Assembly (NCBI GenBank): GCA_002269645.1
Contig: NIVC01004434.1
Location: 1-46,093, forward strand
Source: Macrostomum lignano
Taxonomy: Eukaryota
DNA length: 46,093 nucleotides
Direction: 5' to 3'
Positions 23,922 through 36,500 of the stretch are shown piece by piece. The notes under the pieces were generated by a model that worked only from the letters and a program-made list of their open reading frames with translations, did not search any database and was not told the origin of the DNA. The translations under genes and the position numbers were made by a program. Within the stretch, counting starts at the first letter, position 1, and each line of letters opens with the position of its first letter.

Positions 23922-26900
23922 GTTGAGCTAAGCCAACCCTCTGGTCCAACACTGGCTGCCACCACCAACACAGCCGTTGGCGTTGTAGGCGGCATGGGCG
24001 CCGCCGCTACCCCGTCTGGCGCCAAACGGGCTAGGCGCGGTCCCCGACCGCACGAACTCGAAGACGAGGACAGCTCACTGTTTGCTATTATCAAGCAGGG
24101 CCGTGGCGCTCTGCAACAGATTGCAGACGAATGGATCCAGCAGTACAAGCAGGATAGAGACGCCGCTCTTGTTAGACTATTGCAGTTTTTTATTAGCAGC
24201 AGCGGCTGCAAAGGTCGCATCACTATGCAGATGTACCTTAACGATAGCTACGCTGAGATTATTCGCAAAATGACGGAACAATTCGACGAGGATAGCGGCG
24301 AGTATCCGCTAATCATGACCGGGCCAGTTTGGCGCAAATTCCGGTCCAGCTTTGTTGACTTCATCACTATACTGATTCGGCAGTGCCAGTATAGCGTCAT
24401 CTATGACCAGTTCATGACTGACACTGTGATCTCGTTGCTAACTGGTTTAACCGATTCTCAGGTGCGAGCATTTCGTCACACAAGCACCCTGGCAGCTGTG
24501 AAGTTAGTCACAGCCCTTGTTGAAGTGTCCTTAAGCGTGTCAATCAATCTTGACAACACGCAGCGTCAATACGACGCCGAACGATTGAAAGCGCAGAATC
24601 GGCGCGCACACGATCGTCTAGACGGCCTGTTAAAGAATCGACAGAAGCTGCAGGAGAATCTTGAAGAGATTAAAACTATGATCACCTACCTGTTCAAAGG
24701 AGTCTTTATCCATCGGTACAGAGACTCGCAGGCCGAGATTCGCACTATTTGCATCCAAGAGATTGGCCAGTGGATGAAAAAGATGCCAAACGTATTCTTG
24801 GAGGATTCCTATTTAAAATACGTAGGCTGGACTCTGTACGATCGAGTGTCGGAGGTTCGATTAACCTGTCTGAAATCGTTGCAGCCGCTCTATGAAGATC
24901 CGAACGCTGTTAACAAGCTGGAGCTGTTCAGCAGCCGGTTTAAATCGCGCATATTAGACATGACGCTAGACAAAGATAGCGAAGTTGCCGTTGAAGCTGT
25001 TCGCTGCGTCACCTGTATGCTGCGCAATCTCGATCGGATTCTTGACGACAAAGACGCCGAGAATATCTACGAGCTAGTGTACTCAAGCCACCGACCGTTG
25101 GCCGTAGCAGCCGCCGAGTTCTTGAATTTGAAACTGTTCCAACTAGACGAACACGCGCCGCAGTTGCGCACTAAGAAAGGCAAAAAGCGCAGCCAGAACA
25201 CTGTGCTATTGCGCGATCTAGTCCAGTTCTTTATTGAGTCCGAATTAAACGAACACGCCGCTTATTTAGTTGATAGTTTCTTCGACATTAACGACATGCT
25301 GCGCGACTGGGAGGCCATGATCGACCTGCTGTTGGAGGAGCCAGGTCGGGGCGAAGAGCCGCTAGGTGATCTGCAGGAATCGTCGCTAATTGAAATTCTA
25401 GCCTGCTGCGCGCGTCAGGCCGCCACTGGCGAAAGTCCGGTTGGTAGGCAGGCCAGTCGGAAGCAGTTGACTAATCGCGAGATGCGACAGGTGCGTCTGA
25501 TGGAGTTGACTTGCAATTGCAGTCGAAATTGGGATTTTTGGGGGATTTTTTACAATTAGGGTGTCGAAATGGGGATTTTAGAGGATTTTTTTACAATTGA
25601 GGTGTCAAAACAAGGATTCTAGGGAATATTTTACAATTAGGGTGTCAAAATAGGGATTCTAGGGAATATTTTACAATTAGGGTGTCAAAATAAAGATTCT
25701 AGGGAATATTTTACAATTAGGGTGTCAAAATGGGGATTCTAGGGAATATTTTACAATTAGGGTGTCAAAATAGGGATTCTAGGGAATATTTTACAATTAG
25801 GGTGTCAAAATAAAGATTCTAGGGAATATTTTACAATTAGGGTGTCAAAATGGGGATTCTAGGGAATATTTTACAATTAGGGTGTCAAAATAGGGATTCT
25901 AGGGAATATTTTACAATTAGAGTGTCAAAATAAAGATTCTAGGGAATATTTTACAATTGGGGTGTCAAAATAGGGATTCTAGGGAATATTTTACAATTAG
26001 GGTGTCAAATAGGGATTCTAGGGAATATTTTACAATTAGGGTGTCAAATAGGGATTCTAGGGAATATTTTACAATTGAGGTGTCAAAATAGGGGTTTTAG
26101 GAGATTTTTTACACTCGCATGTCAACATAGGAACTTTCTTGGGATTGAGATAGACATTTCAAGCATTAATCGTTGATAGTTAAGTGTAAAGTTTAATATT
26201 TTTAGGAATCTTTAACACTATTTTTGTCAAAACTCGACAGGTTTTGATGATATTTGACACCCAATGAGCTTGGCCTGTTTTCTAATCGAACGATCCCTAT
26301 TATTAACTAATGTCTCCAGGTGCAAGAGGACAAGCAGAGGCTAACTGAGCACCTGATTCCAACTCTGGCTCAGCTTATTCTCAAATACGGCGAAGACACA
26401 GGCAAAATGTTAAACCTGCTGTCGCTTGTGCAGTACATGGACTTGGACATGTTCGTTAGCACTCGCCAGGAGAAGCATCTGGACCTGCTGCTCAAGTACA
26501 TGCAGGAGTCCATTGTGAAGCACACTGAAACCGAGGTGCTGCTATCGTTTGCTCGAGTATTCGAGTCCCTAACCCAGGAGGAGCTGCAGATTGGCAGCAA
26601 ATGCCTTGCCGTGCTCAACACCTTGATTGACAGACTAGTAGAATCCTATAAGCAGGCCTATCTCAACTATTTTCAAGAGGAACGACCAGACGAAGACGAC
26701 AAATATGCCCTGCTGTCGGCTTTGAAAAGAATATTTGCATTCTATTCTTATCACGACCTGACCTCGTGGGACCTGTGGATCAGCCTGTTAACCATATTCC
26801 GATCAGCTCAGGAGCGACCGTTCTATTACGAAGAAGTTGTCGCCAGAGGCATCGGCTGCGCCTATTTTGCGCTGTTCTGGCAGCAGTATCGCCAGATGAA

Positions 26901-29741
26901 GGAGGGCCAACCGGATAAAAATGAGCAGAAAGATTTGAAGAAATGCGTTGAGCTGTTTTTTCAGGTACTGCCTTTTTGTTTTTATAGATTGTTTAAGAAT
27001 TCCGAATTTAGGTTACATCTAGTATTACTGATTCTTAGTCAGAAGTAGTATGCATAAATATTTTGTAGCATGCTTCAATCTACAACTTTGTATAACTAAC
27101 ACTTGGGTATCTGCAGTTCAACTCTACCTGATATCTACAGATAGATCAAGAATATCTACAGATAGATCAAGAATATCTACAGATAGATCAAGAATATCTA
27201 CAGACAGATAAAAATATCTACAGATAGATCAAGAATATCTACAGACAGATAAAAATATCTACAGATAGATCAAGAATATCTACAGACAGATAAAAATATC
27301 TACAGATAGATCAAGAAAATCTACAGACAGATAAAAATATCTACAGATAGATCGATAATATCTACAGATAGATCGATAATATCTACAGATAGATCAAGAA
27401 TATCTACAGATAAATCTGAAATATCTACCGTTAGATCTAAAGTATCCACAGTCAGGTCCGGAAACCCGACAGATATATATGGAAATCTATAGATGGATCT
27501 GGAATATCTACAGATAGATCTGAAATATCTACAAATAGATCTGAAGTATCTACAAATAGATCTGAAATATCTACAAATAGATCTGGAATATCTACATATA
27601 CATCCCGAATGTCTACAGGGTAAATCTAGAATATCTACAAGTGGATATATTGTACTATAGCCTAGATCTGTACATAGTCTCATGCCAACCCCTTACCCAC
27701 CTGCAATCAAAGGTGACCACCGCTTACCTGTCGCACGACGAGAAGTCGATAGCAACGGAAGCTTATGTATCAATCTGCGACTTACTAGTGGTGTTTAGCA
27801 GGCACAACGAACCGGCCGTGGCCGGTCAAGCAGGGGATCGACAGCAGCCGGCGGGTGTCGTCTCGTTCGTCGCCGACGCCGGCCTTCAATCCGGTCTGGT
27901 GCACTTCATGCAGCGTCGGGTGTTTGTCGAAGACGACCCCGACACTGACGAGGACGCCAAAATTGAAGAGCTGCACAATCGGCGCACGCACCTGGCCTGT
28001 TTTGCTAAATTAGTCGTCTACAATTGTGTGCCATTACAGTTGGCTAGTAACATGTTTGTGCATTACATTCGGTTCTATAACGATTTCGGCGATATTATGA
28101 AAACTACGCTGCAAAAGTGCAAAGAGATTAACAAACGAGAGACCACTTTGTGCATAGCGGCCACGCTGCAGAAGGCGTTTAGTCAATTGCCGGCTAATTC
28201 CGATCGGGGCTCCCCTGGCTTTGTTGCTCTCAAGGATTTGGCTCGCAGGTTCAATCTGAGCTTCGGTTTGGACGCTGCAAAGGTGAGAATTCGTTATTAA
28301 TATTGACTTGAATACTATAGTGAGTTCACATCTTGAATCTTTTAAGTTCCTATTCCAATTTGTTATTCTGAATCTCGTGTATTTCTGAAGTGCCATTTCA
28401 CACCTTGATTTCGGGTTCCGGTAGTGCCATTTTACACTTGGATTTAGGGTACCGGAAGTGCCATTTCACTCCTGGATTTCGGATACCGGAAGTTCCGTTT
28501 CACTCCTGGATTTCGGATACCTGAACCCGGAAGTTCCATTTCACTCCTGGATTTCGGATACCGGAAGTTCCGTTTCACTCCTGGATTTCGGATACTGGAA
28601 CCCGGAAGTGCCATTTCACTCCTGGATTTCGGATACCTGAACCCGGAAGTTCCATTTCACTCCTGGATTTCGGATACCTGAACCCGGAAGTTCCATTTCA
28701 CTCCTGGATTTCGGATACTGGAACCCGGAAGTTCCATTTCACTCCTGGATTTCGGATACTGGAACCCGGAAGTTCCATTTCACTCCTGGATTTCGGATAC
28801 TGGAACCCGGAAGTGCCATTTCACTCCTGGATTTCGGATACCTGAACCCGGAAGTTCCATTTCACTCCTGGATTTCGGATACCTGAACCCGGAAGTTCCA
28901 TTTCACTCCTGGATTTCGGATACCAGAACCCGGAAGTGCCATTTCACTCCTGGATTTCGGATACCGGAAGTTCCATTTCACTCCTTGATTTAGGATACTG
29001 GAAGTGCCATTTCACACCTGGATTATCTCAATCAATCCATCCAATACCCCTCCCCTCCCCCAGGTCCGCGAGCTCATGCGCTGCCTACACGAGGAGGGCG
29101 TCAAATTCGCGCTGGCCGACTGGGACCCGGCATCGCCGGCCGCAGCCGCCCCGCCGCACAATCTCGCCTTCTTCGACGTGCTAGCGGAATTCTCGAACAA
29201 ACTATTGCGCGAAGACAAGGCCCAGCTGGCTCAATGGTTGCGCACCGGTTGGCAGGTCCGCACTAACGGCCTTGGTCCGCAATGGCAGAGTTTGATTTAT
29301 TACCTGTCATCTTTGGAGAGCCCCGACGGCGGCGGCGCTGAAGGTTCGATCAGCGGAGCGACTGGTTCGGTTGTTGGCGGCGGTCCCGGCCGGGGCTCCG
29401 GACAACGCGGACGGCCGAAACGTCAGCGAGACTCGTCCATGACGCCATCGATGGGCGGCGGGCAAGGACAGGCATCGGCCGTTGCGCCGAGCCCCGGAGC
29501 CACTGCGGCTGCGGCTGCGGCGGCGTCAACGTCCATCCAGTCGGCGGCGGGCGCCGGCGGGCCGCAGGCGGTGTCAACCGCAGTGAAACGCTCCCGCCGA
29601 GATCAGATGATGCCGCCGGCAGGAAATCTGGCCACTCCGGCTTCTACTTCCGGTCAGCAGCAGCCGCCGCAGTCGCACGGCCCGACAACCTCGGTGCTGC
29701 AGCTTCGGTCGCATCAGCAGTTCCTGGCCGGTGGCCTATGA
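23922..29741 (+). CDS. STAG1: Cohesin subunit SA/stromalin (STAG family; invertebrate co-orthologue of STAG1/2/3)
   Basis: Exons 23922-25490, 26320-26964, 27713-28282, 29064-29741, all phase 0 GT-AG, total 3462 nt. STAG/SCD motifs: FDEDSGEYPL, DSQVRAFRHTSTLAA, FIHRYRD, YLKYVGWTLYD, ARQAATGESPVGR, ALKDLARRFNLSFG, PPHNLAFFDVLAEFSNKLL. Start codon unresolved: upstream exon, trans-splicing, or ATG 23994. Confidence 0.95.
25545..26115. repeat. 40-bp minisatellite in STAG intron 1 with 120-bp higher-order period
   Basis: TTACAATTAGGGTGTCAAAATAGGGATTCTAGGGAATATT; the variable position cycles TAGG/TAAA/TGGG. Confidence 0.95.
27130..27640. repeat. 21-bp minisatellite in STAG intron 2
   Basis: AATATCTACAGATAGATCAAG units, degenerating 3'. 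Confidence 0.92.
28390..29015. repeat. 41/34-bp minisatellite in STAG intron 3, with CCGGAAGT (ETS consensus) in each core unit
   Basis: CCATTTCACTCCTGGATTTCGGATACCTGAACCCGGAAGTT; 14 copies of CCGGAAGT counted from 28452 to 28964. Confidence 0.95.
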
Positions 29742-30683
29742 TTAGATTCTTGTAGCTTTATTCGGTCCATCTTGTGTTTGTAGCTTACTGTCAGTTTGCT
29801 GTTGTATTTCTTATATATTCGCCCTAAATCTCCCTTGGAAAATAAATCGCTTGTATTCAATTGGCGGTTTTGTTTGTTCTTGTTTGTTTGTTTTTTTAAT
29901 GCATACATACATTTAGGCCTCTATTATAATGTTCTTGTACTAATAACAATACGTATTTTCAAAATAGTTAGTTAGCGCGGATTCTAACCTTTGCTGGCGC
30001 CTTCAGGTAAATTTTTTTCTTATTATAATTCACTTTATCACCGAATAACCTCAATATGCTACTTTCCTTGCTAAGATAGTCTAGTAGTCAGCTGGAGAAA
30101 TTAAGGTTATAATTACAATTACAGCCAGTAAGTAATAAATCAGTGTTTACTATTGCTAACTAACTACTAATGAGTAGGAGATACGCCTTCTAAAATGTGT
30201 GCGTGAAACGTTTATCCTGTTGGCTTCTCTATGTGTCTCTGTGTCTCTTGCGTCATGTCATGGCAGCTCGATTTTTGTAAGCCCAGTGTCAGTTTGCGCG
30301 TCTGTTTAAAATATATGATTATATATATGTAATAAGTATACTAATCATGAATATTATTGCTTAGCTATTAATGTGTTTGTAGGTATATTTCACCTGCCTG
30401 CCCCTTTATTATCATTTTGTAATTTATCTTATTTCACCTGATCGATTAAAATTCTTACCAGCTACTATTAATAGTACTATTGCACTACTTACAGTAGCGA
30501 TATATTAGCAAAATTGAAGACTGCTAACTTTGTTGTGTTCTTTAGTCAGGTTTTTTAATGTTGGCTTGGCTAACTCTGAGCGCTTCTTAATCAGGTAACA
30601 AATAGCTTATTGATTGTTAACTTTTTTCAAAAGAATAATTTCTGTTGCATCAAACAAGTGTAGGAGTTTGGTAATCGGTTAGT

Positions 30684-31094
30684 GTTTCCATAGCAACCAG
30701 AGTTTCTATAGCAACTAGGGTTCTCTCAGCAACGGAGTGTTTCCATAGTAACCCTAGAGTTTCTATAGCAACTAGGGTTCCCTCAGCAACGGAGTGTTTC
30801 CATAGTAACCCTAGAGTTTCTATAGCAACTAGGGTTCTCTCAGCAACGGAGTGTTTCCATAGTAACCCTAGAGTTTCTATAGCAACTAGGGTTGTCTCAG
30901 CAACGGAGTGTTTCCATAGTAACCCCAGAGTTTCTATAGCAACTAGGGTTCCCTCAGCAACGGAGTGTTTCCATAGTAACCCCAGAGTTTCTATATCAAC
31001 TAGGGTTCCCTCAGCAACGGAGTGTTTCCATAGTAACCCCAGAGTTTCTATATCAACTAGGGTCCCCTCAGCAACGGAATGTTTTCATAGCAAT
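30684..31094. repeat. 57-bp tandem repeat made of three X-box-like subunits
   Basis: Unit starts at 30727, 30784, 30841, 30898, 30955, 31012, 31069. Subunits GTTTCCATAG(C/T)AAC, GTTTCTATAGCAAC, GTTCCCTCAGCAAC. Confidence 0.95.
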
Positions 31095-31143
31095 GACTTT
31101 TCTGTCCTCATATTTTGGCAGATAGTCGCCCTCGTACATATGA

Positions 31144-31157
31144 GTTACCATGGCAAC
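31144..31157. promoter_or_regulatory. Near-palindromic RFX X-box GTTACCATGGCAAC
   Basis: Exact match to the canonical X-box, 50 bp past the X-box array. Confidence 0.55.
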
Positions 31158-32100
31158 TAGTGCGCGAAATGCCTATACAAAGCATAACAGCATTAATAAG
31201 CCTGTCGGTCTGCCTGTGTTACTAAAATATTAAATTCAAACTAATTAAATGCAGTGTGTTGCACATTAGGATTGCTTATAAATGTGTACAAATTGGCCAT
31301 TTTTATAATGTTTGTTTTTAATTAATTAGAAAACTAATGTTTTCTCAGCTATTTAAGGTTGATGAATTTTTCCGCTCTCCGCGTCTGCAGCTACTAAAAT
31401 TACTACTACTTAGCCAGCAGTAGTATGATTAGCAATGTACATACGGTGTTTATTTATACGCGCTATCTAGAAGAATCATGTGCTCTGCTTGTACCAACGT
31501 TTGTTGTATTTCTATGATTTTATCGTCATATAATTTTTTAAACATAACTTAATCGCCTAAATTTTCTATATCAGGCCCGAAAGTATCGATAGTAAAAGGC
31601 ATGCTAAATTTGGCATATTCTGTACATTGCTGTCAACTCCCCACGAATTTTCCTCTCACTTTTATTGTCCCTAAAATTTACCCCTGTTTTCTAAATTCCC
31701 GTGCGGAATAACAAACTTAATAATAATTGAATTTTTATAATTCAAACTGAATGCCCCCCAATGCCGAATCATTAATCAAATTTTGCTGCTGCAGACTCTA
31801 ACATTTTTTAAATTCGTTGAAATTCATACATAATTAATAATTAAATGCATATACATGTTAATATTAATAATGTGTTTAAAAATATAAAAGCCCCCAAACT
31901 TGTGGGCACGCGTGTTCTCTGGCTCTGTTTCTTTTAAAAACAAATTTACAAAATTTAACAAAGAATTGCTTGTCTTTTGTCTTTTCATCGGCGTGTTGTT
32001 AGATTGTTAGATAGGCCTGATCGTATTTGTTGTCAGTTAGTGTCGTCACTTATAGTGTTCAGGTAGATCATGACAATCCGTTTTTGACTTAATTTTCTAT

Positions 32101-33170
32101 GTTGCTGCTGACAAATCTTCTGACAAAGTTGATTCTGACAATGTTGATTCTGACAATGTTGATTCTGACAATGTTGATTCTGACAATGTTGATTCTGACA
32201 ATGTTGATTCTGACTATGTTGATTCTGACAATGTTGATTCTGACCAATCTTCTGACAGTGTTGATTCTGACCAATCTTCTGACAGTGTTGATTCTGACAG
32301 TGTTGATTCTGACCAATCTTCTGACAATGTTGATTCTGACAATGCTGATTCTGACAATGTTGATTCTGACAATGTTGATTCTGACAATGTTGATTCTGAC
32401 CAATCTTCTGACAGTGTTGATTCTGACAGTGTTGATTCTGACCAATCTTCTGACAATGTTGATTCTGACAATGCTGATTCTGACAATGTTGATTCTGACA
32501 ATGCTGATTCTGACAATGTTGATTCTGACCAATCTTCTGACAATGTTGATTCTGACCAATCTTCTGACAATGTTGATTCTGACCAATCTTCTGACAATGT
32601 TGATTCTGACAATGTTGATTCTGACCAATCTTCTGACAATGTTGATTCTGACAATGTTGATTCTGACCAATCTTTTGACAATGTTGATTCTGACAATGTT
32701 GATTCTGACCAATCTTCTGACAATGTTGATTCTGACAATGTTGATTCTGACCAATCTTCTGACAATGTTGATTCTGACCAATCTTCTGACAATGTTGATT
32801 CTGACAATGTTGATTCTGACCAATCTTCTGACAATGTTGATTCTGACCAATCTTCTGACAGTGTTGATTCCGACCAATCTTCTGACAATGATGATTCTGA
32901 CAAATCTTCTGACAATGTTGATTCTGACCAATCTTCTGACAGTGTTGATTCCGACCAATCTTCTGACAATGATGATTCTGACAAATCTTCTGAGAATGTT
33001 GATTCTGACAAATCTTCTGAAAATGTTCAGTCTGACAATGTCAAACCTGATCGACAAAGTTGGTTCTGACAATTTTTCTAACAATTTCAATTCTGACAAA
33101 AAAGATTCTGAAAATTGATTTTGACAACTTCGATTCTGACAATTCGTATGACAATGTTGATTCTGACAAA
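32101..33170. repeat. 15/24-bp minisatellite (GTTGATTCTGACAAT with TCTTCTGAC inserts)
   Basis: Direct reading; unit lengths are multiples of 3, which explains the long open frames on both strands. Confidence 0.95.
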
Positions 33171-33505
33171 TTTAACAATTTTCACTCCTACAATTATCCC
33201 CCCTGAGAATGTCACTCAGATTTTTTTAAAAATCCTCTTTTTTTCTCTTAAAATGCTTCTCCTAAGTCCTGGGCAAAGTCGATTTGGAAAATTTTTTGAA
33301 GTTACAGCACTAAACATTCAAGACAATAGTTTGTTTAAAAATGTTAATTGTATTTTTATGTCAAAAGCGCTCACTTAATGTTTTTGCATGCCTATGACAC
33401 TTGTTTCATCATACTACTGATGTGTCAGTAGTTGAAGTTATTAATTTAAATTTAAGCAGCGAAATTGCGTAAATAAATACAGATTTGTAAGGAATAAACT
33501 TGTTG

Positions 33506-36500
33506 ATGTCCTCTCGCCTTGTATTCGGCGGTCAGCCGCTGCTAACGGGTGGCTGTTTAGTCCCTAGCAACAGTGGTACAGTTGCCGTGCTCACCAGTCG
33601 AGGCGCCGCAGTACTGTCTCTGGATTTTGATCCCACCTGGGAAGGAGACGAACCCGTCGGTGAAGCTGGTGGCAACGGGTTAAGCCGGAGCGATTGCGAA
33701 GTGGCCAACTGTAGCGAAGGGTTCAGCTTTCGGCTCACCTGTTGGGCGTCATTACGGGACAGGTAAAAGTATATTTAGACTGCGACACCATCAAAATCCC
33801 TGATCTCTAACACGACAAAATCCCTGATCTCTAACACGACAAAATCCCTGATCTCTAACACCCAAAATTTCTGAATATCTAACACCCCAAGATCCCTGAT
33901 CTCTAATACCCAAAATTTCTGAATATCTAACACCCCAAGATCCCTGATCTCTAATACCCAAAATTTCTGAATATCTAACACCCCAAGATCCCTGATCTCT
34001 AATACCCTAAGATCCCTGATCTCTAACACCGCAAAATCCCCGAATATTTAGCACCCCAAAATCATTTAATATCCCCAAAATCCCTGAATATCTAACACCC
34101 CAAAATCCCTGAATATTTAACACCCCAAAATCATTTAATATCCCCAAAATCCCTGAATATCTAACACACCGAAATCCCTGAAAATCTAACACCCCAAAAA
34201 TGTCCTATCTCTAACGCCCCTAGCCATATAACTCGGATTTCTAATACGGACATAACCACGATCTCTAACACCCAGGCCCTTTTTCCCAATCTCTTACCCC
34301 CTAGCCATATATCTCTAGCACCATCAGCCTATTATTCCCAAACTTTCTATCTCCCTCATTCACATCTCCGCAGGTTCCGCCTACCTCTAGCCATCGATCC
34401 GGAAGTGATCGAATCCGGCAAGCATCTCCCCAACCCTCTACGCGATCCTCTGCGCGCATTTCACTCGCTAGCTCGGCGATTCCCGTCGGCTACTGTCGTT
34501 GCCGACTCTGACGCAGACGGCGAAGGATTGCTAACAGCGCCGCCAGCTTCAAAGTCCATCTCGGACAGTTTCATCAAAGCCGATTGGTCGCCATTCGAAC
34601 AGTTCGGACGTCCGTGTTTAGCCGCAGTGTCCGATTCTGGCCGGTTAGTTTTATTATCCAATCGGAGATGCCTGTTAGAATCGGAATCTATGGCATTGGT
34701 GAGCCCGGAACCTGGCAGTCTATGGTGCAAAGCCTATGTTCAAACTGGTCGAGTTGTGCAACCGCCGGGTCAAGGTGGCGACGGGCCTGCTACCGATTTG
34801 AACTTTCTCATGCCTGGCGCCGGCGCTGCCGCTATGGACTCGGATGGTGGCACCGACAGCAGCAGCAGCAGCTACATCTGGTGCGATCAGATGGACGAGT
34901 TCGCTTTGGCCGTTATGGACATGTGCTTTGTTGGCGTCAGCTGGTCTCGGTGAGCCTAAGGCTTTTTTGTTTTCTCAAATCGTGTTTTTGCTTTTGGCTT
35001 TATTGTATCCTTTAGCTTGTCTATATCTGTTTGCCACGGGCGGCGCTCTATTATGAAACTCTTCTGCCTCTCTTTCTCCTTTGCCTAATCTTCGAATTTT
35101 TGCACTGTAACATCACCATGAACCTCCTCTTCATCTCGTCTCTACTTGCGCTCTTCCTCCCCAACATCCCCACTCTCTTTCCCACGACACTATCCCACTC
35201 TCCCTCTCTCCATCTCCCACTCTCCATTTCCCACTCTCCCTCTCTCCCACTCTCACTCTCCCCCTCTCCCACTCTCCATTTCCCACTCTCCCTCTCTCCC
35301 ACTCTCACTCTCCCACTCTCCCCCTCTCCCACTCTCCCCCTCTCCCACTCTCCCCCTCTCCCACTCTCCCCTCTCCCACTCTCCCCCTCTCCCACTCTCC
35401 ATTTCCCACTCTCCCTCTCTCCCACTCTCACTCTCCCACTCTCCCCCTCTCCCACTCTCCATTTCCCACTCTCCCCCTCTCCCACTCTCCATTTCCCACT
35501 CTCCCCTCTCCCACTCTTTATTTCCCACTCTCCCCCTCCCCCACTCTCCATTTCCCACTCTCCCCCTCTCCCACTCTCCATTTCCCACTCTCCCTGTCCC
35601 ACTCCCTCTCCTACTCTCCCACTCTGCCTCTCCCACTCTCCCTCTCCCACTCTCCCTCTCCCACTCTCCCTCTCCCCACTCTTCCATTCTCCAACTCTCC
35701 CTCTCCCACTCTCACTCTCCCACTCTCCCCCTCTCCCACTCTCCATTTCCCACTCTCCCCCTCTCCCACTCTCCATTTCCCACTCTCCCCCTCTCCCACT
35801 CTTTATTTCCCACTCTCCCCCTCTCCCACTCTCCATTTCCCACTCTCCCTGTCCCTCTCCCACTCTCACTCTCCCACTCTCCCCCTCTCCCACTCTCCAT
35901 TTCCCACTCACCCCCTCTCCCACTCTCCATTTCCCACTCTCCCTGTCCCACTCCCTCTCCTACTCTCCCACTCTGCCTCTCCCACTCTCCCTCTCCCACT
36001 CTCCCTCTCCCACTCTCCCTCTCCCCACTCTTCCATTCTCCAACTCTCCCTCTCTCCCTCTCCCCACTCTTCCATTCTCCAACTCTCCCTCTCCCACTCT
36101 CACTCTCCCACTCTCCCACTCTCCCTCTCCCCACTCTCCCATTCTCCAACTCTCCCTCTCCCCACTCTCCCATTCTCCAACTCTCCCTCTCCCACTCTCA
36201 CTCTCCCACTCTCCCACTCTCCCACTCTCCCTCTCCCCACTCTCCCACTTTCCCCACTCTCCCATTCTCCAACTCTCTCTCTCCCACTCTCACACTCTCC
36301 CTCTCCCACTTTCCCATTCTCCCGCCGCTATCCCTCTCCCACTCTCCCACTCTCTCACTCCCTCTCCCACTTTCCCATTCCCCAGTCTCCCTCTCTCCCT
36401 TTCTAATTATTCTTCCCATTCTACGTGTAGCTTGCAATATGACTTTCATTTGTCACTCCCTATCCAATGTTATATCGACTAAAAATCCCTGTTACAAAAA

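Noticed and set aside
27321-27683. ORF with ICRYFRS repeats
   Set aside because: Antisense translation of the 21-bp intronic array.
32074-33118. Asp/Ser-rich (VDSDN)n frame 32074-33069 resembling a biomineralisation protein, plus the listed 265-339-aa ORFs
   Set aside because: No start codon or usable acceptor for that frame; most frames are open because units are 15 or 24 bp; the repeat decays with frameshifts at its 3' edge. RNA-seq coverage would reopen it.
35031-36482. 483-aa and 638-aa Pro/Ser/Leu/His ORFs and antisense GE-rich ORFs
   Set aside because: Low-complexity intron; only 36534-37058 is a phase-consistent GTF3C4 exon.
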